Positions 13,515-25,506 of a DNA stretch of 64,000 bases are shown here, piece by piece. Every line of letters starts with the position of its first letter. Positions within the stretch are counted from its first letter, which is position 1. A program made the position numbers and the translations under genes. The stretch lies in assembly GCA_951406725.2 (NCBI GenBank), contig OX597819.1:9982001-10046000 (forward strand), read 5' to 3'. A model generated the notes under the pieces. The model made no database searches. It saw nothing but the letters and a program-made list of their open reading frames with translations, and was not told the origin of the DNA. The stretch comes from Octopus vulgaris (lineage: Eukaryota).

Positions 13515-14391
13515 CATCATCATCATCATTTAATGTCCGTTTTCCGCGCTAGCACGGGTTGGACGGTTCGACCGGGGTCTGGGAAGCCAGGGGCTGCTCC
13601 AGGCTCCAGTTTGATCTGGCAGAGTTTCTACGGCTGGATGCCCTTCCTAACACCAACCACTCCACGAGTGTAGTGGGTGCTTTTTACGTGCCACCTGCAC
13701 AGGTGCCAGGCGAAGCTGGCAACGGCCACGGTCGGATTGGTGCAATTTACGTGCCATCGGCACGGAAGTCAGTCGAGGCGGCACTGGCATCGGCCACGAT
13801 TCAGATAGTGCTTTTTACATACCACCAGTCCAGGGGTCCTGGCATCTGCCGGGTGCCAGTCATAGGATTGGTTCAATTTGATTTCAATTTCACTTGCCCC
13901 AACAGGTCTTCGCAAGCAAGGGTGCCTGTCGTCGGATGAGGTTCGATATCGACTTCGCTTGCCTCAACAGATCTTTGTGTGTCCAAGGGAGGAAAGGCAT
14001 GCATAAGTGGGCTGGACTCACTTGTCCTGCCTGGTTTTCTCACGCACAGCATATTTTCGAAGGTCTCGGTCGCTGGTCATTTCCTCAGTGAGGCCTAAAG
14101 TTCGAAGGTCATGCTTCACCACCTCGTCCCAGGTTTTCCTGGGTCTACCACTTCCATGGGTTCCGTCAACTGCTAGGGATTGGCACTTTTTCACACACCT
14201 ATCTTCATCCATTCTCACCACATGACCATACCAGCGCAATCGTCTCTCTTGCACACCACAACTGATGCTTCTTAGGTCCAACATTTCTCTCAAGGTACTA
14301 ACGCTCTGTTGAGTATGCACACTGACATTACACATCCATCGGAGCATACTGACTTCATTCCTCGCGAGCTTACGCATGTCCTCAGCAGTCA
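13515..14391 (-). mobile_element. RTE LINE 3' fragment
   Basis: Encodes RLRWYGHVVRM..GRPRKTW, near-identical to the C-terminus of the 32119-34095 ORF; (GAT)n tail. Confidence 0.9.
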
Positions 14392-14567
14392 TATATGCAT
14401 ATATATATATATGTGTGTGTGTATGTACATATATATATATATATATGCATGGAGGGTTGTCGCCTGAGTGGTGCAAAGGCATCATCCACAAAGAGCAGTA
14501 GGGAATCACCAACAAATGGTGGATGAAGTAACAAGCTGTTACAGCACATGTCCCCATATTACTACAA

Positions 14568-15468
14568 ATGTAGCAGTGTGCATACTCGACAGAGTGTTAG
14601 TACCTTGAAAGAAAGGTTGGACCTAAGAAGCATCAGTTGTGGTGTGCAAGAGAGATGACTGTACTGGTATGGTCATGTGGCGAGAATGGATGTGGATAGC
14701 TGTGTGAAAAAGTGCCACACCCTAGCAGTTGAGGGAACCTGTGGAAGAGGTAGACCCAGGAAGACCTGGGATGAGGTGGTGAAGCATGACCATCAAACAC
14801 TGGGCCTCACCGAGGCAATGACTAGTGACCGAGACCTTTGAAAATATGTTGTGCTTCAGAAGACTCGGCAAGCGCAAGTGAGACTATAACCTTGTGGCCT
14901 ATGCCAGGCGTGTAACCAGTGCCCTTATGCATGCCTTTCCTTCATTGGACACTAAACTCTACTTGCGAAGACTTCTTGAGGCAAGTGAAATCGAAATCAA
15001 ATTCAATGTCTGGCATCCGTGCTAGTGGAGCGCTAAGAGTACCATCCGAGCGTGATCGTTGCCAGAGCAACAAACTGGCCTCCGTGCTGATGGCACATTA
15101 AAAACACCATTCAAGCATGATCGTTACCTGCGTCGCCTTACTAGCACTTGTGCTGGTGGCATGTGAAAAAACATTTGAGCGAGGTTGTTGCCAGTGCTGC
15201 TGGACTGGCTCCTGTGCAGGTGGCACATAAAAAGCACCTTTTGAGCGTGGTTGTTGCCAGTACCGCCTGAATGGCCCTCGTGCCAGTGGCACATAAAAGC
15301 ACTTCCTACACTCTTGGAGTGGTTGGTGTTAGGAAGGGCATCCAGCTGTAGAAACTCTGCTAGATCAGATTGGAGTCCGGTGCAGCCATCTGGTTCGCCA
15401 GACCTCAGTCAAATCATCCAACCCATGCTAGCATGGAAAGCGGACATTAAACGATGATGATGATGATG
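14568..15468 (+). mobile_element. RTE LINE 3' fragment (diverged subfamily)
   Basis: Homologous to ~33780-34690; ends in GATGATGATG. Confidence 0.85.
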
Positions 15469-15538
15469 TTATATATTAGATGGAAACCACTATGTGGACA
15501 CCCTTATGCTAGAAATAGATCCGCTATGGTGTTACCAC

Positions 15539-16035
15539 TCGCAGTTGGAGGATCATGGTTTCGATTCCTAGATATATATACATATATATAAACATATATA
15601 TGCATACATACATATATAAACATATAAATACATACAAATATAGATATACATATATAGATATATATACATACATATATAGATATATATATATGAACATACA
15701 AATATAGATATACATATATTGATATATATAAACATACATATATGCATTCATAAATATATTTTTTTATTTATGCGCCCTTTTCAAAAAAAAAAAAACTGTA
15801 TGTGTTTATTGAGTGAAAGCACCTAAAGCTCCACGACTCTGGCAGGGGATGGTGGTGACCCCTGTTGTACTCTATCGCCCCAACTTTCTCTCACTCTTTC
15901 TTCCTGTTTCTTGAGTAACGCTGTGATGGACTGGCATCCCGTCCAGTTGGGAGGAACACATACGCCACAGAAACCGGGAAACTGAGCCCATGAGCCTGGC
16001 TAGGCTTGAAAAGGGCACATAAATAAAAAAATAAA
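15539..16035 (+). mobile_element. Rearranged tRNA(Arg)-like SINE, tail type 2
   Basis: Head piece GGATCATGGTTTCGATTCC at ~15549-15568. Body 15797-16030 matches 42918-43155. Interrupted by an inverted copy of its own 3' flank. Confidence 0.7.
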
Positions 16036-16489
16036 AATATATATTTATGTTTGTATATATGTATGTTTATATATATCGATATATGTATATCTATATTTGT
16101 ATGTTTATATATATATATATATCTATATATGTATGTATATATATCTATATATGTATATCTATATATGTATGTATATATATCTATATATGTATATCTATAT
16201 TTGTATGTTTATATATATATATATATCTATATATGTATGTATATATATCTATATATGTATATCTATATTTGTATGTTTATATATATATATCTATATATGT
16301 ATGTATATATATCTATATTTGTATGCTTATATATATATATATCTATATATGTATGTATATATATCTATATATGTATATCTATATTTGTATGTATATATAT
16401 CTATATATGTATATCTATATTTGTATGTATTTATATGTTTATATATGTATGCATATATATGTTTATATATATGTATATATATCTATCAA

Positions 16490-17660
16490 AATTAGCAACA
16501 AGGATATCCAAAGGGACTTCAGAGACAATAACCTTGTTATTAACATTTCTAGGGGGATGGTTGGTATTTGCTAAATTAATGTTAGTATTAGTAATTGGAT
16601 TCTTATTTAACAGACTAGTATTATGTGAGGAGGTAATTTGGAGAGATTTTTTGTGTTGGAAAAACCAATCCTAACCATGTGCGAGTTGATAATAGAGTAA
16701 TAGCTAGAATTCTTTGGAAAATTCCTAATAATAGCTTCCCGAAACTGGAAAGGAAGATTAGATTTAATTTGTCTCCCATAAGGAATAATCAACCAAATAG
16801 TTTTGCTATTAGTTGCCTTATTTTTAGTGTAACTATCTTTAAAAGACATTGAGTTGCCTTTAGAATGAAAAAAAAAGGGTTTAAATAATTGTTATCTCCC
16901 TTACGTTGTAAAAAATCTTCCTCTGTTTGGTGTTGGCGCATAAATTAAAATTGATATCATTTATATCCTTACAACTAGATTTCATGTCTCCATTACTAAA
17001 GGTAGAATAAGATTGAATGGAATTAATATAGGTAACTTTATCTGCTTTAAGTAAGGCAGAGTTATAAAATTCAGCCTTGTTGAAAATATCAACATTAGCA
17101 GATAACTTAGGCAACCTAAATGAAATATTCTTAACTAAGTTCTTAGTGATTGCTCTAGAATGATTACTGAATTTGCTAATATACTTAAGATTGGTCGATG
17201 GTTTGTGGTATGGGAAGTATGAATTATAGTGTAAGTTAACTGTAATATCTAAAAGTTGGCTTTCGTTACATCATCATCAAAAACAATGCTTAAGCCCATT
17301 CTATGGAAAAATTTAACTAAACTATTCTTAACCTTTTGTACTGTTTGGTCAGAAACATTTTGAAGGAAGAAAAAACAATCATCACGATGTAGACCTCCAT
17401 TGATGTTTGGGATCTGGTCTGCCATTTCATGAAGTATATATATACCAACCAAATCAGCTATTTGTGCTGAATCAGAACTTCCCATTGTAACATCAAAACC
17501 ATCGGGTGTGTCTTTACAGACCCACAGCTTGTCAAATTTTATGATAGATTTTCTGGCAGCCAACACGACATTAATCACCAGCTTTGTTATGAGCTAGCCA
17601 GAGTGCCTTATTATGTACTTTTGAGTTGATGGAGGAATAGAAACTATACATATATACCAA
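16490..17660 (-). mobile_element. Penelope-like element RT remnant (GLYRDD-type, Naiad/Neptune-like)
   Basis: ORF 17249..17578 FDVTMGSSDSAQIADLVGIYIL...GLHRDD. Downstream frames give KLSANVDIFNKA and [30 protein letters not shown], typical of the PLE RT and thumb. Confidence 0.75.
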
Positions 17661-18072
17661 TGGCATGTAAAAAGCACCTTTGAAGATTTGGGCCTTGAGG
17701 GTAATGTGGCTGTTGCTGGTGTTGCAGACCAGCAGCCGTCCCAGTGGCACAAAATTTTGAGCACTGGGCCTCATGGTGGCAATGACAAATAATGGAGACC
17801 TTTGGTAATATGCCATGCACGAGAGGGAAGATCCATCAAGCCAAGTGAAATCATAGTCATGGCAGATATTGATGTCATGCATCTGGCACCTGTACTCGTG
17901 GAATGTAAAAGCACCCATTACACTCTCGTAGTGGTTAGGCATTAAGAAGAACATCCAGCCATAGAAATCATGCCAAATCAGACTGGAATCTGGTGCAGCT
18001 ACTCAGCCTACCAGCCCTGATTAAACCATCCAACCCATGCCAGCATGGACAATGGACGTTAAATGATGATGA
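17660..18072 (+). mobile_element. Old RTE 3' UTR fragment
   Basis: Ends CCAACCCATGCCAGCATGG...GGACGTTAAATGATGATG. Confidence 0.7.
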
Positions 18073-18160
18073 AGATACCTCAAAAGTTGACAGTCTATGT
18101 CTATCTGCTTTGTCCAATGTATTGAGTTTTATATCACATGTGAAAAATACTCTTATATTA

Positions 18161-18208
<48 letters not shown>

Positions 18209-18244
18209 GAAAGAATGGAGTTGAACGAAGATTTTAATAAAATT

Positions 18245-18340
18245 CCTTTACTCTCAACACATGTTTCGAAGACTGCATACTCTTAATTCCGAAGGAATAA
18301 AGGGTGCATTATGCTGTCTTCTCATCAGGAAAGACAAGGA
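18245..18340 (-). ncRNA. Hammerhead-ribozyme-like motif (Penelope pLTR-type), probably inactive
   Basis: Minus strand CTGATGA-GAAGAC...GTCTTC-GAAA-CATG-T. The cleavage-site base is G, which is non-canonical. Confidence 0.5.
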
Positions 18341-18398
18341 ACCTCTACCCAGGTATCGATTAACCGAATTATCAATACTAATATAATTCATTCACATA

Positions 18399-18435
<37 letters not shown>

Positions 18436-18720
18436 TGTGTGCTATTTGATAATTCTGACTTCAAATCTTATCTTGCTTTTCTTCAAATGTTGATAGAATA
18501 AGTAGCACTAAAATTAGTGGCATATTAATTTTTTTCATTTAGAGATTTTAATTGTATTTTTTTTTATACTGTGCAGCTAGAAAGGGTTTTTTTTTTTTAA
18601 TTTTTTTTTTTTTAGTCTGACAGCACAGTTTGGAAGCATTATATAAAATTTGGCCAGTTTTATATTCATTTCATTAATAGACAACTATTGAAGTTGCTAT
18701 CTCTTTCTCACATTGATTAA

Positions 18721-18939
18721 CCCTTTCGATACCAACCCGGCTGAAACCGGCTCTGGCTCTGAGTACAAATGTCTTGTTTCATAAGTTTTGAATTAAAATC
18801 TTCCACCAAACCTTAGTCACAATTTATGTTCCTAACACTAGCTGAATGATAACTAAGTTATTTTACTAAATTCTTTGTTATATTTAAAGTAATTGAAAGA
18901 AACACAGAGCATCTCAACAGAAATACAGTAACGAAAGGG
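18721..18939. mobile_element. piggyBac-type MITE (family B)
   Basis: TTAA at 18717-18720 and 18940-18943; TIR CCCTTTCG...CGAAAGGG. Confidence 0.85.
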
Positions 18940-19155
18940 TTAAAGCATTTCCTCTAAAGAAGATAATTATTTGGTGCAAGTTCTGTTATTTATTTGAATG
19001 ACTCTATTGACCTTTTGATATTTATATTTATTGAATTTTCTGTATGATAGGCTATGTTATCCATTGATTTGTTACATTTTGTCTAAAATGTCATTTAATC
19101 TGCTTATTCTCTTATAGTGCCCGGCCTGGTGTGAGTAGCTGCAGATGTAGTTGGT

Positions 19156-19878
19156 ATGGCCGAGGATATTGTCAACTTGAATGTTGGTGGCACACATTAC
19201 TCCACAACGCGCTCGACGCTTTGTCGATATGCCGATTCCATGCTTGGGACAATGTTCAGCGGGTCATACCCAACAACAATTGACAAAAGTGGATTTTATT
19301 TCATTGATAGGGATGGATTCATGTTCCGTTATATCTTGAATTTTCTTCGGTCTAAGAAGCTTTCCCTTCCAATGGACTTCAAGGAGTACGACTTGCTGCT
19401 GACTGAGGCAGATTTCTATCAAATCAAACCTTTAATTCAAGACTTGTGTAAATTACGAGATGACCTTGCTGACAAAAGTGGTGGCGTCTTTCTTGAAATA
19501 ATTGAAGTACGAACTGGATCTACAGCAACTATGCCCACAAATAATTCTCGGGTCAAAACTATTCTGTCTGGGCGCAAAGATATGATTGTCTCCCTGCCGT
19601 CACATCTCATTGGCATGGAAGCCTTGGAGAAACTACAGACTAAAAATGGATTGGAATTTGCTGAGATTGAGCTTAACGGGAGCAATATTCGCCTGCGTCT
19701 TGGAGAATATCTGAAAAATTGTGGCTGGGAAATGGTGGACTCTCAACTATCTTCTTCGTCAGGCTATGATGCTAAAGCCTTAATGAGTAGTCTAATTATA
19801 GAGCAGAGCTATCGGGATCGGTGGTGTCTGTTCTCTCGACGAAAATCTCAGGCATTTTCACATACTTCATTGAACTGA
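19156..19878 (+). CDS. KCTD6: BTB/POZ (T1-type) domain protein, KCTD6/KCTD21-like Cullin3 adaptor, 240 aa, single coding exon
   Basis: VNLNVGGTHYSTTRSTL..DSMLGTMF..YFIDRDGFMFRYILNFLR..LPMDFKEYDLLLTEADFYQIKPLIQ closely resembles the KCTD6 BTB domain. Splice acceptor cttattctcttatAG at 19117. An in-frame TGA at 19132-19134 fixes the ATG. Confidence 0.9.
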   Translation: MAEDIVNLNVGGTHYSTTRSTLCRYADSMLGTMFSGSYPTTIDKSGFYFIDRDGFMFRYILNFLRSKKLSLPMDFKEYDLLLTEADFYQIKPLIQDLCKLRDDLADKSGGVFLEIIEVRTGSTATMPTNNSRVKTILSGRKDMIVSLPSHLIGMEALEKLQTKNGLEFAEIELNGSNIRLRLGEYLKNCGWEMVDSQLSSSSGYDAKALMSSLIIEQSYRDRWCLFSRRKSQAFSHTSLN

Positions 19879-20598
19879 AAGAGCTAAAAGAAAGAGTCCT
19901 TGAAATTTCTCCACTTTTATTTTACCCCTACTTACTTTATATATATATATATATATATTATATAAAGTATTTATATAATATATATACTCAAACTTGCAAA
20001 CACACATGTAGATACACATATGTATTCACACACACACACACATACACACTTCTCTATAAAATCACATTTTGAATCTAAAATTATTTTATTTATTACAGCA
20101 TGATGTGTTAGATGTGAGAGAACAGACCTACCACCAACCAGTGCATGACCAACAGTTGTTCATCTTATCAGCCATTCAAACGTTTCTTCTTCCTCATCTT
20201 TCAGCATCCAACCTGATGATTATATGCATTTCAGTTTGCGGGTTACACTAACTTTCTGTTGGGTTAGGGCTAAAATCGATTTTGGACAATATTTATTGCA
20301 ACCTGCGATGATCTGCTTTGTGAGGTCTCCATCACAATCAAGACCACCTGTAGGAACAGGTGTGTCATCAGTTTTACTGAATTGACTTTTGCCTATGCAA
20401 ACCAAACCATCACTAGCTTCCTTGAAGTCTGAAGATTGTTTTATTATCAATCGATACTACTAGAAGTAGTGATTGTCTAATTGGATAATAAACATGTTAG
20501 CTCTTGTTACATGGAGCATGAATATGTATTTCAAATGCCTCACTTTGTCTTTAAGCAAGATTCTCAACTCTACTTATTGTTGGTGTTTAGCCTAAGGT

Positions 20599-20973
20599 CA
20601 GCACTGGCTCAGCAGACCTATGATCAAGAGTGTTTCAGCACTGGCTCAGCAGACCTATGATCAAGAGTGTTTCAGCACTGGCTCAGCTGACCTATGATCA
20701 AGAGTGTTTCAGCACTGGCTCAGCAGGCCTATGATCAAGAGTGTTTCAGCACTGGCTCAGCTGACCTATGATCAAGAGTGTTTCAGCACTGGCTCAGCAG
20801 GCCTATGATCAAGAGTGTTTCAGCACTGGCTCAGCAGGCCTATGATCAAGAGTGTTTCAGCACTGGCTCAGCAGGCCTATGATCAAGAGTGTTTCAGCAC
20901 TGGCTCAGCAGGCCTATGATCAAGAGTGTTTCAGCACTGGCTCAGCAGACCTATGATCAAGAGTGTTTCAGCA
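20599..20973 (+). repeat. Minisatellite, 37-bp unit x10
   Basis: Unit CAGCACTGGCTCAGCAGACCTATGATCAAGAGTGTTT repeats at a 37-bp period. Confidence 0.95.
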
Positions 20974-21582
20974 AAGACCAGCTTACCCTTCACTTGAGCA
21001 GTGCATATATAGGACTATATTATCTGGTACCCCTTCTTTTTTAATGATACTAGGGTGTAATATTTGGTGCTATTTTTAGCAGATTGTGAATCCATGTAGA
21101 AGTTTCCTCATTGGTTCATCAAGTCTACTTGTTTGCTTTGCAGCAAAATAGATACTAAGGTCAAGGAAGCTATCTGGTCGATGAATAATTGCCTTTTATC
21201 TATGTTCATAGAAAGAAGGATTATTGTTGTCTTGAGTACATAGACTGCCTTGAATGAGCAGACAGAATCAGACTAGTCGAATGAATACAAACAAGGCAGA
21301 TTTATTGTATGCAGGTAGTGTACTGATTGACTGAGGCATAACCAGAGATATAACATTCTTCCATCTAGCTGAGAACCATGCTACAGCATTCAATGATGAA
21401 TTTTATGGGATGCTGGATCTCAGCACGTTCTACTTTAATCCATCACCAAGTCTACTTCTGTATACCTGTACATTCTGGTAAAGGTAGCCAAGATGGACCT
21501 GGCCAGAGTGTGAGAGTTAATGTTATTTTATTCTAGCAGGTCAGATGACTATGTAGAGGGCACCTTTGTTGATTTCTGCTGT

Positions 21583-22620
21583 TGTTTAGCCCAAGGTCAA
21601 CCCTGATCAAAGGTATTCCAGTTACGGACATCTTGAATTTTTGAATCTTTAGAACTACTCTACCCATTTGTTCTTCTTTCTTTCAGACAGTAAGGTGTGA
21701 GTTTAGGGCACTTGGCTGCTACTTCTCACATGTTGAGCAACTATTTAGTCTCTCTGTTTAGCCCAAGGTCAGCCCTGATCAAAGGTATTCCAGTTATGGA
21801 CATCTTGAATTTTTGAATCTTTAGAACTACTCTACCCATTTGTTCTTTCTTTCTTTCAGACAGTAAGGTGTGAGTTTAGGGCACTTGGCTGCTACTTCTC
21901 ACATGTTGAGCAACCATTTAGTCTCTCTGTTTAGCCCAAGGTCAGCCCTTATCAAAGGTATTCCAGTTATGGACAGCTTGAATTTTTGAATCTTTAGAAC
22001 TACTCTACCCATTTGTTCTGCTTTCTTTCAGACAGTAAGGTGTGAGTTTAGGGCACTTGGCTGCTACATCTCACATGTTGAGCAACCATTTAGTCTCTCT
22101 GTTTAGCCCAAGGTCAACCCTAATCAAAGGTATTCCAGTTATGGACAGCTTGAATTTTTGAATCTTTAGAACTACTCTACCCATTTGTTCTTCTTTCTTT
22201 CAGACAGTAAGGTGTGAGTTTAGGGCACTTGGCTGCTATTTCTCACATGTTGAGCAACCATTTAGTCTCTCTGTTTAGCCCAAGGTCAGCCCTTATCAAA
22301 GGTATTCCAGTTATGGACAGCTTGAATTTTTGAATCTTTAGAACTACTCTACCCATTTGTTCTGCTTTCTTTCAGACAGTAAGGTGTGAGTTTAGGGCAC
22401 TTGGCTGCTACTTCTCACATGTTGAGCAACCATTTAGTCTCTCTGTTTAGCCCAAGGTCAGCCCTGATCAAAGGTATTCCAGTTATGGACAGCTTGATTT
22501 TTTTAATTTTTAGAACTACTCTACCCATTTGTTCTTCTTTCTTTCAGACAGTAAGGTGTGAGTTTAGGGTACTTGGCTGCTATTTCTCACATGTTGAGCA
22601 ACCATTTAGTCTCTCTCTGT
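21583..22620 (+). repeat. Tandem repeat, ~172-bp unit x6
   Basis: Units start TGTTTAGCCCAAGGTCA at 21583, 21755, 21928, 22100, 22272 and 22444. Confidence 0.95.
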
Positions 22621-22861
22621 CAGGTATGGTTTAAAATATCAGTGACTTTAAAAAGTTCCATTCCAGCTATGAAAACAATACTCTGTTTTTGACTCTTACT
22701 ACTCCATCAGTCTCCTGGCACAGAAATATCTCGACCCAATAAGAAAAATATATTTGAGTCCAATGCGATCTCAAATATAACTTAAATATGTTTCGACCAA
22801 AGATTGGTCCAGGCCATGTCTAACTTAATAGCACCACCTGATAGGATTATTCGAATCCTGT

Positions 22862-23130
22862 TTAAGTCAAGTTTTGTTCAAGTAGTGAGTTCTTGTTGGG
22901 TGAGTTGTATCCAATTATGGGTGGCTTATCTGGTATTCTTTGAAGGAATCTATCCAGACTCCGTTTAAAGTTGATGGGATCCTTTTCCTCTTTGATCTCC
23001 CTCGGGACAATGTTAAATAGGGCAGGGCCTGTTGAGGAAAAGAAATTATGTTGCAGTGTACAAGTATGTTGTGATCTTGAATTGGGCAATACTCTTTCCT
23101 CCACCCCATGGCCACATACATTTTGATGGT
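22862..23130 (-). mobile_element. CR1/L2-like LINE C-terminal remnant
   Basis: FSSTGPALFNIVP..FKRSLDRFLQRIPDKP..NSLL, related to 36401..36718. Confidence 0.6.
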
Positions 23131-23294
23131 AAAAATCAATAATATATCTTATTTTAGTTTTTCAAGTATAATGCTGCCCACCAATTTTCACTCATGATTT
23201 TTATATTAAATTTCTCACATTATGCACAAGTAAATACAGTTGATTTGTGTGGAGATGAGATGTAGTTCCTCTTAAAGATAAATTATTTTGCAGT

Positions 23295-23560
23295 CATTAT
23301 CATCATCATCATTTAGCGTCCGTTTTCCATGCTAGCATGAGTTGGACGGTTCAACTGGGGTCTGTGAAGCTGGAAGGCTTCATCAGGCCCAGTCAGATCT
23401 GGCAGTGTTTCTACGGCTGGATGCCCTTCCTAACGCCAACCACTCCGTGAGTGTAGTGGGTGCTTTTTACGTGCCACTCGCACAGGTGCCAGATGGAGCT
23501 GGCAAACGGCCATAGACGGATGGTGCTTTTTTACGTGCCACCGACACGGGGGCCAGACAG
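23295..23560 (-). mobile_element. RTE 3' end fragment
   Basis: (CAT)n tail and match to the RTE 3' UTR. Confidence 0.8.
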
Positions 23561-23776
23561 GGAAAGTTTATGAAAATAAACAAAAGACGAAGGCAGGTGG
23601 TGTACAAACAAACAGATGTATTAGTATAGCGCTCAGGAATAGGAAAAGTCATTTACGTTTCGAGCCTATGCTCTTCTACAGAAAGATACAAGAAAAAAAC
23701 AAGGAGAGAAAAAAAATGTGTATAGTGGCTAACGATCTATCATGGCGTCTGACTTATATATATACACACACACAAA

Positions 23777-24756
23777 AGATGGTGGAAATAACACAGAAGT
23801 AAATCTAAGACATTTCAATTTAGAGAGAATTTAATAAAAGGATTTTAAAATTATATAAAAAAAATATAGGCGCAGGAGTGGCTGTGTGGTAAGTAGCTTG
23901 CTAACCAACCACATGGTTCCGGGTTCAGTCCCACTACGTGGCATCTTGGGCAAGTGTCTTCTGCTATAGTCCTGGGCCAACCAATGCCTTGTGAGTGGAT
24001 TTGGTAGACGGAAACTGAAAGAAGCCTGTCGTATATATGTGTATATATGTATATATATATGTATGTGTGTCTGTGTTTGTCCCCCTAGCATTGCTTGACA
24101 ACCGATGCTGGTGTGTTTACGTCCCCGTCACTTAGCGGTTTGGCAAAAAGAGACCGACAGAATAAGTACTGGGCTTACAAAGAATTAGTCCCGGGGGTCG
24201 ATTTGCCCTACTAAAAGGTGGTGCTCCAGCATAGCCGCAGTCAAATGACTGAAACAAGTAAAAGAGTATAGAATATTACCAGTTTCGATGATGAATCTCA
24301 TCTTAAATAGTTTAAAGTAAAAACAGTAAATCTGTTTTGGTCGTCAAAAACATGTCTGGAGTTTTTCGTTGAAGTTTTCTTTAATTATAGTTTGGTACAG
24401 AGTTCAAAGTGTTAGAGAGTGGGTGTAGTTGTATAGTGTCTAAAAAAAACCTCACAAAGATTTATTTTTAGACAATAGACAACTACACCCCACCACCAAC
24501 ACCTTGAACTCTTTACCAAACCATATTTAGAGAAGACTTCTATGAAAAAACTCCAGATATGTTTTTGACTCTCAGGCAGAAGATAAACTGTTTTACTTCT
24601 AACTTTTATAAATTTTACTAATATTTGATAAGATGAGATTCATAATTAAAACTGGTAATATTCTATATTTTCTTTATATATTTTTAAAATCATTTTATTA
24701 AATTCTTTCTAAATTGAAATGTCTTGGATTTACTTCTGTGCCATTTCCACCTCCAT

Positions 24757-24760
<4 letters not shown>
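23777..24760. repeat. Imperfect foldback element (~290-bp arms) with a SINE inserted in the left arm
   Basis: 23777-23868 plus 24269-24450 is the reverse complement of ~24460-24760. Confidence 0.8.
23868..24268 (+). mobile_element. SINE family C
   Basis: Full head-to-tail match to the other copies. Confidence 0.85.
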
Positions 24761-24795
<35 letters not shown>

Positions 24796-24865
24796 TGGAG
24801 TAAACACATAAATGTGAAACAAGGTGGAAAAAAGAGTACTCAAATATCAGTGGTAGAGTAATATG

Positions 24866-25187
24866 CTTTATTCAAAGCAGCAGAAAATTCAACAAAACCT
24901 GTTACTCTGAGTTTCCCGTTGCCGTTCGTCGGACAGTTTTTGCTAGAATGGAACCGATATGTGGATTCTATCCAGACTATTGTAAACGCTACACCTTTTT
25001 TAAAGGTGTATGTCCGTTATTTCTAAAGGGCCAATCAAACAAGTCCATTTTTTTAAAGGTGTAGCGTTTACAATAGTCTGGATAGAATCCACATATCGGT
25101 TCCATTCTAGCAAAAACTGTCCGACGAACGGCAACGGGAAACTCAGAGTAACAGGTTTTGTTGAATTTTCTGCTGCTTTGAATAAAG
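24866..25187. repeat. Apparently perfect inverted repeat, 133-bp arms, 56-nt spacer
   Basis: 24866-24998 is the reverse complement of 25055-25187. Confidence 0.9.
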
Positions 25188-25196
25188 TATATATAT

Positions 25197-25430
25197 ATAT
25201 ATATTTTCATTTAGAGATAGTAGGCCCCTTCATCTCACCATATAAAAAAGAATTTTAATTTAAATACTTACTACTATATAATTTGGCTACACGTGTTTCA
25301 TGAGGTACATTTTCCAGTTCCTAAACCACTCCACGTGTAGCCAAATTATAAAGTAGTAAGTATTTAAATTAAAATTCTCTTTTATATGGTGAGATGAAGG
25401 GGTCTACTATCTCTAAATGAAAATATATAT
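25197..25430. repeat. Near-perfect inverted repeat, ~99-bp arms, 36-nt spacer
   Basis: ~25197-25295 versus 25332-25430. Confidence 0.9.
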
Positions 25431-25506
25431 TTCCTCATTGAGAATAATTTGAACCCCTGTTATGCCGGAATTTTTATTCCCTAATTAATAAAATTATATA
25501 TATATA

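Noticed and set aside
19437-19685. Antisense ORF inside KCTD
   Set aside because: Short shadow frame with no support.
20599-20973. 37-bp repeats superficially resembling a CRISPR array
   Set aside because: The units are contiguous with no unique spacers, there are no cas genes, and the context is eukaryotic; it is a minisatellite.
23640-23680. Hammerhead-like string TAGAAGAGCATAGGCTCGAAACGT (minus strand)
   Set aside because: The CUGA core is absent and no stem I is convincing. It may be a PLE relic but is too degenerate to call.
23831-24091. Recurrent ORF ASFSFRLPNPLTRHW (also at 28365, 29114, 36899)
   Set aside because: Translation of SINE family C, not a gene family.
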